Source: Octopus sinensis (taxonomy: Eukaryota). From it: a stretch of DNA of 64,000 nucleotides. The notes beneath the pieces are model-generated. The model did not search any database, had not been told where the DNA came from, and saw only the letters and a list, made by a program, of their open reading frames with translations. Positions 61,660 through 64,000 of this stretch are shown piece after piece. Position 1 is the first letter of the stretch, and each line of letters starts with the position of its first letter. The stretch lies in contig NC_043000.1 in the NCBI RefSeq assembly GCF_006345805.1, positions 73,532,001-73,596,000 of the forward strand. Direction: 5' to 3'. Position numbers and translations under genes: made by a program.

Positions 61660-64000
61660 TCATCATCATCATCGTTTAACGTCCGCTTTCCATGCTAGCA
61701 TGGGTTGGACAATTTGACTAAGGTCTGGCGAACCAGATGGCTGCCCAGACTCCAATCTGATCTGGCGGAGTTTCTACAGCTGGAAGCCCTTCCTAATGCC
61801 AACCACTCCGAGAGTGTAGTGCGTGCTTTTACGTGCCACCGGCGGTATTGGCAACGGCCACGCTCAAATGGTGCTTTTTATGTTCCACCTGCACAGGGAC
61901 CAGTCCAGGGGCACTGACAACGACCTCGCTCGAATGTTTTTTCACGTGCCACCGAGACAAGTCCCAGTAAGGCGATGCAGGTAAAGATCACGCTCGAATG
62001 GTGTTTTTTACGTGCCACCGACACGTAGGCCAGCTGGTTGCTCTTGCAACGTTCACGCTCGTATGGTACTCTTAGCGTTCCACTAGCACGGATGCCAGTC
62101 ATCGAATTTAATTTCGATTTCGATTTCACTTGCTTCAACAGGTCTTCGCAAGCAGAGTTTAGTGTCCAATGAAGGAAAGGTACGCATAAGTGGGCTTGGT
62201 GTAAATAAAACTAGAATAAATGGATATAAATATTTATCTTATCTATGAAAATATATTTTAGCTTAATGAAGAAAAAAATAACCGCTAGAGTGTGACACTT
62301 TTCACACAGCTGTCCTCATCCATTCTCACCACATGACCATACCAGTGCAGTCGTCTCTCTTGCACACCACATCTGATGCTTCTTAGGCCCAACTTTTCTT
62401 TCAAGGCACTTACACTCTGTCGTGTATGCAGGACTGAACCTTGGTGGACCCTACCTCTACCCGGAATTCTTCACTGTACTTGTTGCCAACCCTCACCTTA
62501 CTTACAGCGTCCCGTCCCTGTACATGGCTTGCACACCTCTCACTAACCATTCATCTATCCTTAGTTTCCTCATTGACCACCAGATAAGGGATCGGAAGAC
62601 CCTGTCAAAGGCTTTCTCCATGTCAACGAAAGCCAGGTACAGAGATTTATCTTTGATGAGGTATTTCTCCTGCAGCTGTCTAACCAGAAATACAATATCA
62701 GTGGTGGTTTTCCCTGGCACGAACCCAAACTGCATCTCATCTAAACTGACTCTCTACCTAATTAGTTGGGCTATGACCCTCTCCGTGACCTTCATTACCT
62801 GATCCATGAGATTGATACCTCTGTAATTATTTGTATTTAAAGCGTCACCTTTACCTTTGTAGCAGTTGACTATTGTGCTGCTACCCCAGTCATTATGTAT
62901 GACTCTTTCATGTATCACCTGGTTAACTATACGGGTGACTAGGCTTTATCCGACACTGCCAGATATTTTGAGCATCTCTGCAGTAATTTCTGATGGGCCA
63001 GGGGCTTTCCCTGTCTTCATACACTTAATTGCTTTACCTACCAAGGTGCTCTCAACTCGGATAGCTGGTCCCTCTGTTGAGTCGACATTCTGCAAACTCT
63101 CTTTCTCCCATTCATTTTCTTTATCAAGCAACCTTTCATAGTGGCGTCTCCAAACCTCTCTCTTTGCATCCTCGTTTAGTGCAAGTGACCCATCATCCAT
63201 GCAGACACATTTCTCTCCTACGACATCACGATTCTCTCTCACACACTGTCTTACAACACGAAATACCTCAAGTCTTTGGTCCTCACGGCGCAGAACATTG
63301 GCAAATTTTTTCTTATCTGCTTCCCCTCTGGCCAAATAAACGTGTCTCCTAGCTTCATTTCTGGCAGTCTGATACAATTCCCTGCTACCACCGTTCTTCC
63401 AGTCCTTCCTAGCCTATTTCTTTTCTCAAATAGCCCTGTCAACAATATTGTTCCACCACCACGTTATTTTGGGTCGAGAAGGGACTTTGCACCATCCACA
63501 GATCTAGTCAGTGGCTCTCAGCAGGTTGTCCCGTAGACACCTCCAGTTGTCTTCCACATCATGAGATGCTATATCCCCCTTTAATTTGTCAAAAGCTTTG
63601 AGTAATACATCTCTAAATCTTGTCCATTTGCAGAATCTTTAAGCTTCCAGACCCTTCTCCATGCTGGTCGTCTTCTGGGCATCCATTTAGCCCTGATCCT
63701 GAAGTCACTAATTACTAGTCTATGTTGTGGGGTACATTCTTTGCCTGGGAAGGTTTTGGCATTTATAAGCAGCCATATTTCCCTTTTCCTGGCAAGGATG
63801 TAGTCAATTTGGCTAGTGTGTCTACGAGATTGGTAGGTGACTAGGTGACTGGCAGGTTTCCTGAAGTTAGTATTGCAAACCATAAGATCATTTGCATCAC
63901 AGAACTCCAGCAGCCTGGTTCTATCCTCGTTGTGGGAACCATAACCGTAGCCTCCATGTATGTCATGGAAGACCCCTGTATGTTGTCCATTGAAGTCACC
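61660..64000 (-). mobile_element. RTE LINE with internal deletions, runs off the right edge
   Basis: (cat)n tail at ~61660; QFGFVPGKTTTD, FVDMEKAFD, KAPGPS, SQIDYIL. Confidence 0.9.

Overview
This is a eukaryotic, almost entirely repeat-derived 64-kb window with no recognisable host gene. The RTE 3' tail (catcatcatcgtttaacgtcc...), the SINE families and the microsatellite load resemble an Octopus (coleoid cephalopod) genome; that attribution is from recall and was not verified. Conventional content: decayed CR1-like, RTE, R4/Dong, Gypsy, mariner, pogo/Tigger, hAT, Tc1 and Helitron-like elements, tRNA-SINEs and a 100-N gap. Two things stand out. (1) At 40.8-53.5 kb, a Tx1/L1-type element (ORF1+ORF2) is followed head-to-tail by five ~1.7-kb ORF1-only 'half-LINE' units. 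These units share its 3' terminus and its ORF1 'GK*' stop-start overlap, but carry a covarying hairpin and a micro-ORF where ORF2 would be. (2) There are about 11 type I hammerhead ribozyme motifs from roughly 8 unrelated sequence families. They are tied to Penelope-like (GIY-YIG) fragments, to 357-nt and 535-nt retrozyme-like tandem units, and to long palindromes, one of which carries a U3-A8 hammerhead in the loop of a ~500-bp hairpin. All alignments and folds were done by eye, and most coordinates are approximate to a few bases.
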